Shown in pieces: positions 48,361 through 58,944 of a stretch of 64,000 bases of DNA. Positions within the stretch are counted from its first letter, which is position 1, and each line of letters opens with the position of its first letter. This DNA comes from Candidatus Brocadiia bacterium. GTDB taxonomy: Bacteria > Planctomycetota > Brocadiia > SM23-32. The DNA is taken from NCBI GenBank assembly GCA_046538485.1, contig JBKHIT010000011.1, forward strand, positions 1-64,000. The letters are read 5' to 3'. Position numbers and translations under genes: made by a program. The notes beneath the pieces were generated by a model. That model made no database searches. It worked only from the letters and a program-made list of their open reading frames with translations, and was not told the DNA's origin.

Positions 48361-50490
48361 ATGTTGCCCATTGTTGATATTTCTTCTGAAACGGATCGCC
48401 ACGCTGTGATAGCCCGGGGGACCGAAGATGTGTATCAGGGTCATCCCACGACTCTGCTGATGCCGGATGGTCAGACGATGTTCGCCGTCTGGTGCATCAA
48501 TCACGGCGGGCACGCCGGGCCGATGGCGCGGAGCGACGATGGCGGACGGACCTGGACGCGTCTGGACGATAAAATGCCGGAAGGGTTCACCAACCATTTC
48601 AATTGCCCCAGTATCTACCGTATGGTCGATCCCGATGGCCAGCAGCGAATCTGGGTGTTCTCCGCACGCCGAGAAGAAGGCGGAGAAATCACAGACTGGA
48701 TGCCGAGGATAGTGAGCGAGGACGGCGGCGAAAGCTGGCGCGAGGCCAAACCACTGGGCTTGCCCTGCGTGATGACCTTCAGCAGCGTCGTCCGGTTGAA
48801 AGACGGTTCCTATCTGGGACTCTACCATCGCCGATTGAGAGACGACCGATCGGCCGATGCGCAGATACTGCAGACCCGATCGCCGGACGGAGGGATCTCG
48901 TGGTCCGAGCCACAGCTCGCCGCACGAATGAATGGCAAACAACTCTCCGAGCCGTTCGGGTTCCGGTCTCCGGACGGGGAGGAACTTTGCTGTCTGATAC
49001 GAGAGAACACTCATACCGGCAACAGCATGGTTATATTCAGCTCAGACGAAGGAGAGACATGGTCGGAACCGGTCGATACGGCGGGCGGTCTGACGGGCGA
49101 CCGGCACTGGGGAGTCTACACCGCGGACGACCGGCTGGTCATCGCGTTCAGGGATCAAGAACTATACAGCCCGACACGCGGACATTTCGTGGCCTGGGTG
49201 GGCACATACGAAGACATCCGCCAGAGACATCCCGGACAGTGTCGGATCAAGTTGCTCCACAGCTACGCCGGCGGAGACTGCGGATATCCCGGTATGGAAC
49301 GGCTCCCGGACGACACAATCGTGGCAACCACCTATATCAAATACCGGCCGGGCAAAGAGAAACATTCCGTTGTATCGACACGTTTCAAAATCGACGAGAT
49401 CGACACCCGTATCGAAGACCCAAAGCCGGATTTCTCGATTACACACCTGTTTGAATCCGGCGAGGACGACCAGATACGTATCCCCAAGATCCTGGTTGCG
49501 GAGGATGGCTCGGTTCTGGCCTTTGCCCGTGGATGTAAGTTCCTGCGGCGCAGTGAAGATGCGGGGGGGACGTGGAGCGACCCGGTTGAGTTCGGCCCTC
49601 CCGGCGGCGGGAATGCGGTGGTTGACCGGACGAACGGCGACGTGCTTGTGGTCTGCCCCGAACCGGAAAAACTCTGGCGCAGCCGCGATCACGGGCGCAC
49701 GTGGGGACGCGAGAATATTTCATTTCTGCCCAACAAAATCGGACACGGTGGGAAAGACACCGTTCCTGTCAGTGTCGCGGCATCGGAATCGGGCATTACC
49801 CTTCAATATGGCGAACATAAGGGGCGGCTGGTGATGCCGGTAAGGATTCAGCTGCAGAATGGACCGGACTACGACGAGGATCGGCAGGAATACTGGCAAT
49901 ATCATTACAACACGTCGATTTACAGCGACGATGGCGGCACGACCTGGCAGACGGGCGAACCGGTGCAGAGCGGAACTGGCGAGGGCACATTGGCCGAGCT
50001 GTCCGACGGCCGGCTTTATTACAATTCGAGGTCGCACATGTCCTGTGACCATCGTCGCCGTCTGGCCTGGAGCCATGATGGCGGGTACCGTTGGGTCGAT
50101 TGGGAAGTTTCGGACGATCTGTTGGAGATCGGCGGCCCGCACTACTTCCGCTACGGCACGCGCCCAAGCTACGGCTGCAATGCCGGCCTGGCGCGGATTC
50201 CCGACGGAATTGTGCCCTGTGAAGATGCGCTGTTGTTCAGCACCATCGATAATCCCGGGAGACCCAGTGCGGAAGACCGCATTCGCATGACCGTTTGGGC
50301 AAGCTTCGACGGGGCCGGGTCCTGGCCGCTCAAGCGTCTGGTCTATCCCGGGCCGAGCGCTTACTCGTCGATAACGGTCAGCGACGACGGAACGGTGTAT
50401 CTGCTGTTTGAAAACGGGGACGAATACCGCTACGAACGCATTTCCGTGGCGCGCTTCAATCTGGACTGGCTGACGGAGGAATACGAATAG
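48361..50490 (+). CDS. Two-domain sialidase-like protein (tandem BNR beta-propellers)
   Basis: N-domain YQGHPTT, Asp boxes and DCGYP; C-domain RIP motif, Asp boxes, SAYS and LLFE (GH33-like). Confidence 0.87.
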   Translation: MLPIVDISSETDRHAVIARGTEDVYQGHPTTLLMPDGQTMFAVWCINHGGHAGPMARSDDGGRTWTRLDDKMPEGFTNHFNCPSIYRMVDPDGQQRIWVFSARREEGGEITDWMPRIVSEDGGESWREAKPLGLPCVMTFSSVVRLKDGSYLGLYHRRLRDDRSADAQILQTRSPDGGISWSEPQLAARMNGKQLSEPFGFRSPDGEELCCLIRENTHTGNSMVIFSSDEGETWSEPVDTAGGLTGDRHWGVYTADDRLVIAFRDQELYSPTRGHFVAWVGTYEDIRQRHPGQCRIKLLHSYAGGDCGYPGMERLPDDTIVATTYIKYRPGKEKHSVVSTRFKIDEIDTRIEDPKPDFSITHLFESGEDDQIRIPKILVAEDGSVLAFARGCKFLRRSEDAGGTWSDPVEFGPPGGGNAVVDRTNGDVLVVCPEPEKLWRSRDHGRTWGRENISFLPNKIGHGGKDTVPVSVAASESGITLQYGEHKGRLVMPVRIQLQNGPDYDEDRQEYWQYHYNTSIYSDDGGTTWQTGEPVQSGTGEGTLAELSDGRLYYNSRSHMSCDHRRRLAWSHDGGYRWVDWEVSDDLLEIGGPHYFRYGTRPSYGCNAGLARIPDGIVPCEDALLFSTIDNPGRPSAEDRIRMTVWASFDGAGSWPLKRLVYPGPSAYSSITVSDDGTVYLLFENGDEYRYERISVARFNLDWLTEEYE

Positions 50491-50504
50491 AGGACAACAA
50501 ATTT

Positions 50505-51422
50505 ATGGATTTACAGGAAGTCCGACATTATTTGACCGGGCCTGTGATGTCGCTCCGTACCCCTTTCCAGGAAAACGGGGAGATTGATTACGACGGGGCG
50601 CGGAAGATCATAGACGCCGCTATCGCCGGTGGATCGAAGACGGTTATGCTTACGGCGGGCGACAGCCACTATGAAATTCTCAGCGATGATGAGATCGCGG
50701 AATTGACCCGCGTCGCGGTGGAGCATACCGATGGACGCGCGATGGTCATCGCCGCCGATCGTTATTACGGAACAGCAAGGGCCGTCCAGTTCGCGAAATT
50801 CGCCGGGGAAACAGGGGCTGATCTTGTCATGTGCCTCCCGCCGGATTGGGCCAAATCAACAACTCCGAAAACACTTGCCGACCACTACGCTGCGGTGGCG
50901 GAGATTATGCCCGTTATGATTGTGACCAACCGATTCATCGCGCGCGGGGAAGAATTCGGTCTGGAAACATTGCAGCGCGCCGTGGATAAATCACCCAATG
51001 TGGTCGCGATAAAGGACGATATGTGCGGGGTATTCGCTCAGAAAATGTGCGCGGCGTTGAGCGATCGGTGTGCCATCATTTCGGGAGGCCAGAAGCGCAA
51101 CCATCTTAATTGCCACCACTATGGGTGCGACGGATACCTGTCGACATTTGTCCCCTGCCAAACGGATATTACCGGCCGCTACTGGAATGCAATCTGCGGG
51201 GAGGACTATCGCGCGGCCGCACGGATCGTGTCAGAAGAAGATGGGCCGTTTTTCGACTATGTCGTTAAACAAACGGGAGGATTCGATGCATGCATGCACG
51301 GCATGCTGGAGCTGAACGGTCTGGCGAAACGCTATCGCCGTCAACCCTATTACACACTTCCTGACGCAGAGATGAAACGACTGGGAAAACGACTGCGCGA
51401 ACTGGGACTGCTTACCGATTGA
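50505..51422 (+). CDS. DapA/NanA (DHDPS)-family aldolase/lyase, divergent
   Basis: TPFQENGEIDY, LSDDEI, GADLVMCLPP; Schiff-base Lys in VAIKDD. Confidence 0.85.
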   Translation: MDLQEVRHYLTGPVMSLRTPFQENGEIDYDGARKIIDAAIAGGSKTVMLTAGDSHYEILSDDEIAELTRVAVEHTDGRAMVIAADRYYGTARAVQFAKFAGETGADLVMCLPPDWAKSTTPKTLADHYAAVAEIMPVMIVTNRFIARGEEFGLETLQRAVDKSPNVVAIKDDMCGVFAQKMCAALSDRCAIISGGQKRNHLNCHHYGCDGYLSTFVPCQTDITGRYWNAICGEDYRAAARIVSEEDGPFFDYVVKQTGGFDACMHGMLELNGLAKRYRRQPYYTLPDAEMKRLGKRLRELGLLTD

Positions 51423-51473
51423 CAACGGATGGGTTTGTGCTCAAATACGATACAACCAGATAAGGGATAACCA

Positions 51474-53453
51474 ATGGGCCGCGAAACAGAAAAGCGGGTG
51501 CTGAATCGTTTCCCTCGCATGATGCAGGAGTATCTCGTCCGAAAACTGCGGGAAAAATATCGGGCCAACCATGCTCGTCTAATGGGGCTGAAGACAAAAG
51601 CAGAAGCTGAGGCTTATGTCTCTGAAGTGCGCGAGAAGATCGAGCAGGTTTATGGCCCGTGGCCGGAGCGAACGCCGCTCAATATCCGAATTACCGGGGA
51701 GACTGACCGGGAGGATTATGTTTTTAGAAACATTGTTTTCGAGAGCCGCCCCGATGTCCCTGTCACGGCCAATCTTTACCTCCCACGAGGTTCGGCCGGT
51801 CCACGGCCCGCGGTCCTTTGCCTTTGCGGCCATACTGTAAACGGCAAGACCGGTTACGATACATTTCCCCAGGCCCTGGCGCGCATGGGGTACGTAACCC
51901 TGATCTTTGATCCATTAGGGCAGGGCGAACGCATCCAGTATCCTGATGACGAGGGCAAATCGCCTTTCGGGCCGGTTCGTGAACACAATATCATGGACCG
52001 CCAGATGGTGCCGACCGGGGATTGGATTGGCAATTGGTTTGTCTGGGACGGTATGCGCGCGCTGGATGTCCTGCTGGAACAAGAAGGCGTCGATTCAACG
52101 CGTGTAGGGGTTACGGGCAATTCCGGGGGCGGGACCCAGACGGCTTACGTGACGGCTTGCGATGAGCGGATTACCATGTCGGCACCTTCATGCTGGGTCT
52201 GCAGCTGGTATCACAACGCAGCGCTTAATGAAGAACCCGTTGACGCCGAACAGTGTCCGCCCGGGATCCTGGCCGCGGGCCTTGAGCACAGTGATCTTTT
52301 GATTTCGCGAGCACCGAATCCGGTTATCGTGCTGACCCAGGAGCAGGATTTCTTCGACCAGCGCGGAGCTCTGGAGGCTTTCGAAAGAATCAAACATGTC
52401 TACAAGCTGCTGGGGGCCGAGGAAAAAGCGGTTTATCACGTTGGCCCCGGCGACCACGGCTACCATCTTGATGCCCGCGAGGCGATGTATGCGTTCTTCA
52501 ATCGACACGCGGAAGTTGACGTTCCCGGCAAAGAGCCTGACCTTGTTAAAGAAGATGTTGCGACAGTTGAGTGCACGCCAGGTGGCGCTGCAAATGATTT
52601 GGAAGGCGCCCGTTCTGTTCCGTCATTGACCTGTGAACGTTCGCAGGATCTGGCAAAGGGGCGTGGGACACCCGCTGGCGATGATCTCGACCAGCATATC
52701 CGTGGTTTGCTGGATTTGCCAAACCGCAAGGGTCCACCGGATTATCGCATTCTTCGTCCCTGGGATGATCGCGGTTATGCCCGCCCACATTCGAATCAGT
52801 TCGTTTTAGAAACCGATCCGGAATTTGGGGCGCAAGTTGTGGTGACAAAGCTGGAGGACGAATACCGCACGGCCCGCCCGCAACGAGGCGATGGTCCCGC
52901 GATGCTCTATCTGCCGCATATTTCGTCCGATCAGGAACTTCGGGAAAACGAGGAAATTCGGCAACTGGAGACCGAAAACCCGGCTTTTTTTGCCTGCGAT
53001 TACAGGGGTATTGGCGAGTCGCGTCCCGATACCTGTCGCCCTGATTCTTTTTTCAGCTTGTACGGAAGCGATTACCATTACGCATCATGCGCGAGCATGC
53101 TCGGCGATTCATACGTTAGCTGGCGGGTTCACGACATTCTTTGCACGCTGGATTGGATGGCATCTTTCGGCTATGACCGCGTGCATCTTGTGGGACAGGG
53201 GTGGGGAACCATCCCCGGCGCGCTTGTCGGCCTGCTGGATGAACGTGTAAAACGGGTCACGCTGATCCACGCGCCCAAATCCTACACCGAACTCGCCGAA
53301 GCACCGATGCAAGAATGGCCTTTGTCCTGCATGTTGCCCGGCGTGTTAGAACGGTTTGACCTGCCGGATGTATACAGGAAGCTGGCTCGAAAGGATTTAC
53401 GGATGATTGAACCGTGGGGACCCCTCATGAAAAGCACTGGCCCGGAAAGTTAA
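51474..53453 (+). CDS. Alpha/beta-hydrolase, acetyl-esterase-like, two domains
   Basis: TANLYLP, CGH, GQGER, nucleophile elbow GNSGGG; the second domain has GQGWG without Ser. Confidence 0.85.
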   Translation: MGRETEKRVLNRFPRMMQEYLVRKLREKYRANHARLMGLKTKAEAEAYVSEVREKIEQVYGPWPERTPLNIRITGETDREDYVFRNIVFESRPDVPVTANLYLPRGSAGPRPAVLCLCGHTVNGKTGYDTFPQALARMGYVTLIFDPLGQGERIQYPDDEGKSPFGPVREHNIMDRQMVPTGDWIGNWFVWDGMRALDVLLEQEGVDSTRVGVTGNSGGGTQTAYVTACDERITMSAPSCWVCSWYHNAALNEEPVDAEQCPPGILAAGLEHSDLLISRAPNPVIVLTQEQDFFDQRGALEAFERIKHVYKLLGAEEKAVYHVGPGDHGYHLDAREAMYAFFNRHAEVDVPGKEPDLVKEDVATVECTPGGAANDLEGARSVPSLTCERSQDLAKGRGTPAGDDLDQHIRGLLDLPNRKGPPDYRILRPWDDRGYARPHSNQFVLETDPEFGAQVVVTKLEDEYRTARPQRGDGPAMLYLPHISSDQELRENEEIRQLETENPAFFACDYRGIGESRPDTCRPDSFFSLYGSDYHYASCASMLGDSYVSWRVHDILCTLDWMASFGYDRVHLVGQGWGTIPGALVGLLDERVKRVTLIHAPKSYTELAEAPMQEWPLSCMLPGVLERFDLPDVYRKLARKDLRMIEPWGPLMKSTGPES

Positions 53454-53537
53454 ACGATCTTGTGTAAGTAACCTGAGGATATTGTTCGGATTTCTGATGT
53501 TGGAGGCCCCGCAGGGCCTGACAAAGAGGAGTCGAAA

Positions 53538-55199
53538 ATGCACGGAGAACGTACCGGCCGAAAAGAGATTTTTGTCGAAGCTGGAGAACCGATCGCCGTC
53601 ATGGGAGCGGCCACGAAGGATATGTTTCGAGAAGAGGAGGCGCTTGTTATAGGCCCCGATGAATCCTGGGGACATCCTTTGTTCGCTGATTTAGCTCTCA
53701 AGGAGGAAGATTTTCACATCCATGCTCGTTTAACGCTGGACGAGGTGGCCGGGACCAGCGCCTCGTTCCTTATCGGTGGTTTTTATCACTATCCCTGCAC
53801 GCGTCCAGAGGGGAATGAGACGTTCCGGGTCTCGCTGGATGATGAAACGGAAACCTACGATAGAGACAGACTGGGAGCCGATGCGCGGATCCTCTACGGA
53901 ATGACGAAACGTCGCGCCCCCTGGGATCAGGCGGACAAGGAAATCGCCGGTAAGACTGCGGATCATATCGAGCCGGGGCAGCCGTTCACACTCGATCTGT
54001 ATCAGGAAGAAGGCGAGGCCCGTTTTCAGATCAACGGCAACGAACTCTTCAGAATAGATCTCGGCACAAAAGAAAGAATCTCTGGCTCAAGTGACGGAGG
54101 ATGGCCGATATGTTTTGGTTTTCTTCCCGATTGTGCCGTGATAAGGCTCTATGATTTTTGGGCCGAGGGACGTTTCGCGGAGATATCCCTCGATCATGCG
54201 GATGTATGGTCGATGGGCCACGATGGTTATTTTACGTACCGCATCCCATCGCTTTGCCTGACTCCGAAAGGATCTCTTCTCGCCTTTGCGGAGGCGCGCC
54301 GATCCGATTTCGGCCGGACATGGTCCTGGAACAAAAAATGGAACCCGGATGAAGTTCACTGCGTCATGAAACGGTCCACGGACGGCGGCAGGACTTGGTC
54401 CGGGCAGAAACTGATCCTGGGGCATGGTTCCAGCTACGAGGTGCGCGATCCCTCTCCTGTTGCCGACCGGGAAACCGGGAATGCGTTCCTGATCACGCGA
54501 GGACCCTACGTTATGAAATCAGAGGACGATGGTGAGTCGTGGTCAGAGCCCCGTTCACTGAGACCGTTGCTCCCCGATAACCTGAAGACGTTGAGTCCTG
54601 GACCGGGGAACAGTGGGATACAGATTCGCAACGGCCAATACGCGGGACGTTTGATGGTTGCGGTTGCCGGGGATGGAAACGTAGGTGTGATGTATTCCGA
54701 CGACCACGGGGTCAACTGGACCCTGGGGGGAATGGTGGAAGGATTCCAGGGATGGGAGCCCCAGATAACAGAACTTACCGGCGACCGCGTCCTCGTAAAT
54801 TCCCGCAATCATTCGGACAACCCCGGGCGGCTTATATCGATAAGCGACGATGGGGGGACAAGTTTTGAAAATTACTACGACGAAAACCTTCCCGCTAAAG
54901 GCTGTGAAGCCTCTTTGCTGCGATACAATGGGACCGAAAAATCGGGCTCCGAAACAATCAAGCCGGCTATCTTCTGCGGACCTGACGAAGGGAGGAGAAA
55001 ACTCACAGTCAAATTCAGTTTAGATGACTGCAAAACCTGGGAGATCTCGCGTATGGTTTACGGAGGTCATTCAGCGTATTCTGCCATGGCCGTGCTGCCG
55101 GACGGGGAGATCGGGGTGTTATATGAGAAAGACGCATATCGTCGGTTGAGCTTTGCCAGATTCGATCTCGATTGGCTCAGCGATGCCGAGAAAGAGTAA
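53538..55199 (+). CDS. GH33-like sialidase with extra N-terminal domain
   Basis: YRIP, AFAEARR, Asp boxes STDGGRTW, SEDDGESW, SDDHGVNW, SDDGGTSF; SAYS; VLYE. Confidence 0.9.
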   Translation: MHGERTGRKEIFVEAGEPIAVMGAATKDMFREEEALVIGPDESWGHPLFADLALKEEDFHIHARLTLDEVAGTSASFLIGGFYHYPCTRPEGNETFRVSLDDETETYDRDRLGADARILYGMTKRRAPWDQADKEIAGKTADHIEPGQPFTLDLYQEEGEARFQINGNELFRIDLGTKERISGSSDGGWPICFGFLPDCAVIRLYDFWAEGRFAEISLDHADVWSMGHDGYFTYRIPSLCLTPKGSLLAFAEARRSDFGRTWSWNKKWNPDEVHCVMKRSTDGGRTWSGQKLILGHGSSYEVRDPSPVADRETGNAFLITRGPYVMKSEDDGESWSEPRSLRPLLPDNLKTLSPGPGNSGIQIRNGQYAGRLMVAVAGDGNVGVMYSDDHGVNWTLGGMVEGFQGWEPQITELTGDRVLVNSRNHSDNPGRLISISDDGGTSFENYYDENLPAKGCEASLLRYNGTEKSGSETIKPAIFCGPDEGRRKLTVKFSLDDCKTWEISRMVYGGHSAYSAMAVLPDGEIGVLYEKDAYRRLSFARFDLDWLSDAEKE

Positions 55200-55210
55200 G
55201 CCGATCGCCG

Positions 55211-56149
55211 TTACTTTCTTTTCTCCGGTCTGATATCAAAAACTGCAATTTCGGGTCCGGAGAAGAATCTTACTCGTGGGGCCCTGCCTCCCTCCATACC
55301 GATCCCGCGGTTTACGTACATCGTCGTGGGGCCCACATAATACAGGCCCCTCTCGTATTTTTTCCCGAGTTCGGCCAGGGTAATCAGCGCCCCATAGAAC
55401 GGCAGCGCCACCTGTCCTCCATGCGTGTGACCGCAGAGGTACAGATCGACCTTCGGCCCCTTCACGTCTTCCACCACTCCTGGATAATGATGGAGGAAAA
55501 CCGTGTAAACGGTTTCATCGAGTTTTTCGACCAGATCTGTCGGATCGTCAGTTTCCAAATTTAGACCGGCCACACAGAACGATTCGCCATCTTTTTCCAG
55601 GACGAGCGATTCTGAGTCAAGTTCGTGGAATCCTGTTTCCTTGAAGAGCTCCGCCGCTGTTCGCATGCCGACATCAATATTGCCCCGCACCGCGAATTTG
55701 CCGAGTTTTGCCTTGAGGCCCGCAAGCGTTTGATGAAACTTCTCAAGGGCATCCGGATGGTTCACGCAATCGCCGGTGAATACGATCAGATCTGGTTTCA
55801 ACGGGTTTATCATGCCGGCGAGTTTGGATTCATTTCGCGTCTTGCGATCGCAGTGTAGATCCGAAATCTGCACGATCCGCAGGGATACAGCTTCCAATTT
55901 GTGCGTCTTCAGGTCGATCTCATTTAGCTCAAGCGAATACGGCTCGACGAAATATCCATAGCCGAAGCAAACGAGGCCGACCAGCGCAAGCACGTGAATA
56001 ATGAGCGTGAACGGAGTGAGAAGTTCCGAATCACCTGCTCCTCTCAGCCGCCGTGCCAGCTCACGCAGCAAAAGCAAGGTTTCAACACCGTACACGAAAA
56101 CGACAACAAAAAGAAATACGCCCAGTATCACTCTCTCCGCTGGATTCAT
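55211..56149 (-). CDS. Membrane-anchored calcineurin-like metallophosphoesterase (YkuE/YaeI-like)
   Basis: Two N-terminal TM helices; SDLH, TGD, GNID, GHTHGGQ, YVNRGIG. Confidence 0.9.
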   Translation of the reverse strand: MNPAERVILGVFLFVVVFVYGVETLLLLRELARRLRGAGDSELLTPFTLIIHVLALVGLVCFGYGYFVEPYSLELNEIDLKTHKLEAVSLRIVQISDLHCDRKTRNESKLAGMINPLKPDLIVFTGDCVNHPDALEKFHQTLAGLKAKLGKFAVRGNIDVGMRTAAELFKETGFHELDSESLVLEKDGESFCVAGLNLETDDPTDLVEKLDETVYTVFLHHYPGVVEDVKGPKVDLYLCGHTHGGQVALPFYGALITLAELGKKYERGLYYVGPTTMYVNRGIGMEGGRAPRVRFFSGPEIAVFDIRPEKRK

Positions 56150-56152
56150 CGG

Positions 56153-57211
56153 TTAAGTCTCGCGTTTCAAATGGATATAATTCCGGGCGATCCGGAGATC
56201 TTCGAGGGCTTCCTCGGAATCGCAGGGTGGATCGGTTTCGCCGCGGCAGACGCGGGTGAAATTGGCGGCCTGCTGCTGCATAGCATGAGTCCATGGCAGC
56301 TGCGGAATTCGCGTCTCTGGCGGATTGCCACATCCGGGGTCGCGGAAAATAGAGACCTTCCCGGCCCGGTTGCAGGCCAGCGGCGCGGGCAAATCGAGAC
56401 GGATCCAGCCTTTTTCGAAACATACAAGCGCCGATTCCTGCCAGTCGACCGTTGTCACGTACGGGCTCATCTCGATCGTCCCCGCGACCCCGCTCCCGCT
56501 CTGAACGGCCATCAGGACCCCCGACGGTTCCGCGTAGGTTACGTCGTAGGGCTCTCCGAACAGCAGGCGCATCAAATTGACCTGATGGATGTAGTAATTG
56601 ACGAACGCAGTGTACTCCTGGAACGTTTCTTCGTTCATATCCGGGGGCGGCGGATCGCGGTCAAGGTCCGGACATTGCTCGTCGGTCTGGATCAGATCGT
56701 TGAATCCGCTGGCCACCCAATCGCCGGCGGGCATCAGGATGCGCACGTATTTTAAGTCGCCCAGCTCGCCGGTTTCTTTCAGGTTTTCGATCTCCTCGAC
56801 GGTTCGGACGGTGGCCGGATCGCTCCGTTTGTGGTAACCCACCATGTGAGTTGCACCGGCCTTTTGTTCGGCTTCTACAATTTGTTCGCCAATCTGACAG
56901 GAGGCGGCCAGGGGTTTTTCGGTAAAAACAGGGACGTCGGCTTCAAGAAGCTCCAGCACAAGCAACCCATGCCGGTCAAAAGGTTGGGAAGCGACGATTC
57001 CATCGAGATCTTCATTCTCAAGCATATCTTCGTGGTTTGAATAGACATTCGGTATGCCGTAACGTGCTGCGACTTTCTGGGCCAGTTTCGGGCGGATCTC
57101 GGCAAGCGCCACCACTTCACAATCCTGGAGACGATTGTAATTCTTCAGGTGAGCGCACTGGCCCATACTCCCGACGCCAACAAAACCAATTTGAACGGTT
57201 TGATCAGGCAT
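56153..57211 (-). CDS. Gfo/Idh/MocA-family oxidoreductase
   Basis: IGFVGVGSMG, EKPLA, VGYHKR. Confidence 0.92.
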   Translation of the reverse strand: MPDQTVQIGFVGVGSMGQCAHLKNYNRLQDCEVVALAEIRPKLAQKVAARYGIPNVYSNHEDMLENEDLDGIVASQPFDRHGLLVLELLEADVPVFTEKPLAASCQIGEQIVEAEQKAGATHMVGYHKRSDPATVRTVEEIENLKETGELGDLKYVRILMPAGDWVASGFNDLIQTDEQCPDLDRDPPPPDMNEETFQEYTAFVNYYIHQVNLMRLLFGEPYDVTYAEPSGVLMAVQSGSGVAGTIEMSPYVTTVDWQESALVCFEKGWIRLDLPAPLACNRAGKVSIFRDPGCGNPPETRIPQLPWTHAMQQQAANFTRVCRGETDPPCDSEEALEDLRIARNYIHLKRET

Positions 57212-57346
57212 GAAATGTTCCCTTTGCGTTTTATGAGTGCGCAAAATTTGGCCTGTTACATTCTAACGGCAAAATCTTGAAATTCACTGGAGTTTTTGGA
57301 GTTCCAATCCTGCCTCGCCGAGGGGGCTTCTTGTTGGTTATTGGCC

Positions 57347-57678
57347 GTTTTGAGATCTCCAAGGGGACGGAGATCTCGGGGCAACGAATCCGTCGCAGCG
57401 TTCGACAGCCAGCTTGCGCCCAGACCATCTCGTAGTTTTCAATCCGGAAACCGGGAGTTCACAAAAAAAGCGTGAGACCTCCCCGCCGCAAGGTGGGAGC
57501 TTGCTCGCAGAAATGGAAACGCGAGTTCAGCTGAGCTCGCTATCAGCGGGCGAAACTGGGCTTGAGGCGGACAAATCTCGGAATATGGACCACTAATACA
57601 GGTAAGTTCGTTTGCGTGCGGGAAAGGCTGAAGATGGCAGGACGGGCCCGAAGCGGATAACCCTCTTGCAGACTACGA
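57347..57678 (+). ncRNA. Candidate structured non-coding RNA, family not recognised
   Basis: About 500-nt intergenic gap with many helices whose G-U pairs and a GCAA tetraloop favour the + strand; long-range stems (see findings). Confidence 0.45.
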
Positions 57679-57713
57679 TTCCGGTTTTGTTATGCGTGAA
57701 CCGTGAATTTTGT

Positions 57714-58754
57714 TTACGGCTGACCGTTTCCTTCGACCCACGGTGCGTCGCCGCGATACTGTTCCGATTCTTCATCTGTCGAAGGTGGCTCGGGCGGATT
57801 TTTGTTCGGACCGGGGGTTCGCGAATTAGTTCCGTTCGGCGGCGTGTGTGGGGCTGACCGGTTTTCTTGGAAAAATTGCCATTCTCCCCCGAACTGGTTC
57901 AAAAAACACAGCGAATAGTTTCGGAAAAACACGCTGACCGGGAGAAAAACAACTGAATTTACGTAGGGTAAAGCGGCCAGGCAGCAGGTGAGGCACATAA
58001 CAATCGTCGCCAAAAGGGCAAACGCAATTCCAAGGAATAATTTCATCAAATAGAAAAGCGTAAACGCTCCGAGGTTGCCGGGAAGAATGTCCTGTAAGAA
58101 TAAGCTGCAGGCTTTTCTTGCCAGAACTTGTTTTTTGTACATAATCGGCACGATGAAATCCTGGAGGATCGCATGAATTATGGCGAATCCAAACACCAGC
58201 GGCAGGAAGAGAAAGACGATTATTACCAGTGCCACTGTCATCCCGGCTCCAAACTGTTCCGCCTGTATATCGCCATAAGCAAGCGCTAAGGAACCAACCA
58301 TCACGGCTATCCCGACGAGTCCTGCGATTATTGTTATGGCAAACCGAAGGAAAAAGAAGCTATTGGCGGGCACACGAAATTTCTTCCATGGTTGCACAAC
58401 GGCTGCTCTATTATGCACAACTCCGTCCAGAAACATAAAATGTCCCCGGCTGCTCAGCCATTGCAGAAGAGCAGTAATCGCCAAGCCAGCAATGAGGCCC
58501 CCAAGCACGATTGCTACAGCAAGGACGGGATTTCCCTCCAGCCAATCGAGCGCTTGTTCCGGGATATTGCCGGGCCCTTGTCTCTGTCCCCCCATTTTAA
58601 AATTGAAATTGAGATTCATACCGCCCTGGCTCAGGCTTGCCAGGAAGGCACAAAAAGCGAGAATAAGCCATTTCCCGAGGTCGAACCGCTGGAACAACAG
58701 GATGTTCGTTCGCTCAAAGGCGTGTGAAATTGATTTTGTTACGGACAGATACAT
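57714..58754 (-). CDS. Conserved multi-pass membrane protein (DUF7544-like)
   Basis: AFERT...LFQRFDLGKWLILAF N-terminus, several TM helices, Pro-rich tail. Confidence 0.8.
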   Translation of the reverse strand: MYLSVTKSISHAFERTNILLFQRFDLGKWLILAFCAFLASLSQGGMNLNFNFKMGGQRQGPGNIPEQALDWLEGNPVLAVAIVLGGLIAGLAITALLQWLSSRGHFMFLDGVVHNRAAVVQPWKKFRVPANSFFFLRFAITIIAGLVGIAVMVGSLALAYGDIQAEQFGAGMTVALVIIVFLFLPLVFGFAIIHAILQDFIVPIMYKKQVLARKACSLFLQDILPGNLGAFTLFYLMKLFLGIAFALLATIVMCLTCCLAALPYVNSVVFLPVSVFFRNYSLCFLNQFGGEWQFFQENRSAPHTPPNGTNSRTPGPNKNPPEPPSTDEESEQYRGDAPWVEGNGQP

Positions 58755-58944
58755 ATGGTTTTCCGTTCGAGCTTTTTGAAGACCAGCAGGTTACACTTTA
58801 TCCATGACAAAGATTAATTTCCAACAGTAGACAGAACAAGTTAATTTTCGCTCCGTTTTCAGCGAGCCCATTTATTTGACAAATTATTGTTCATGTTGCA
58901 ATTTTAAAAATTATCTTCGGATGATTTACAGGTGAGGAGAGTCC

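Noticed and set aside
55211..56149. Metallophosphoesterase as an LpxG-type lipid A enzyme
   Set aside because: The family is widespread, the gene is far from the lpx cluster, and nothing in the sequence discriminates this function.
57300..57700. tmRNA, RNase P, group I/II intron or HDV-ribozyme identity for the structured element
   Set aside because: No tRNA-like ends or tag ORF; no GAGGAAAGUCC; group-I-like words (UGCGGGAAA, GACUA) are not in a valid P-Q-R-S order and there are no exons; no group II domain V; HDV P1/P1.1/P3 pairings fail.
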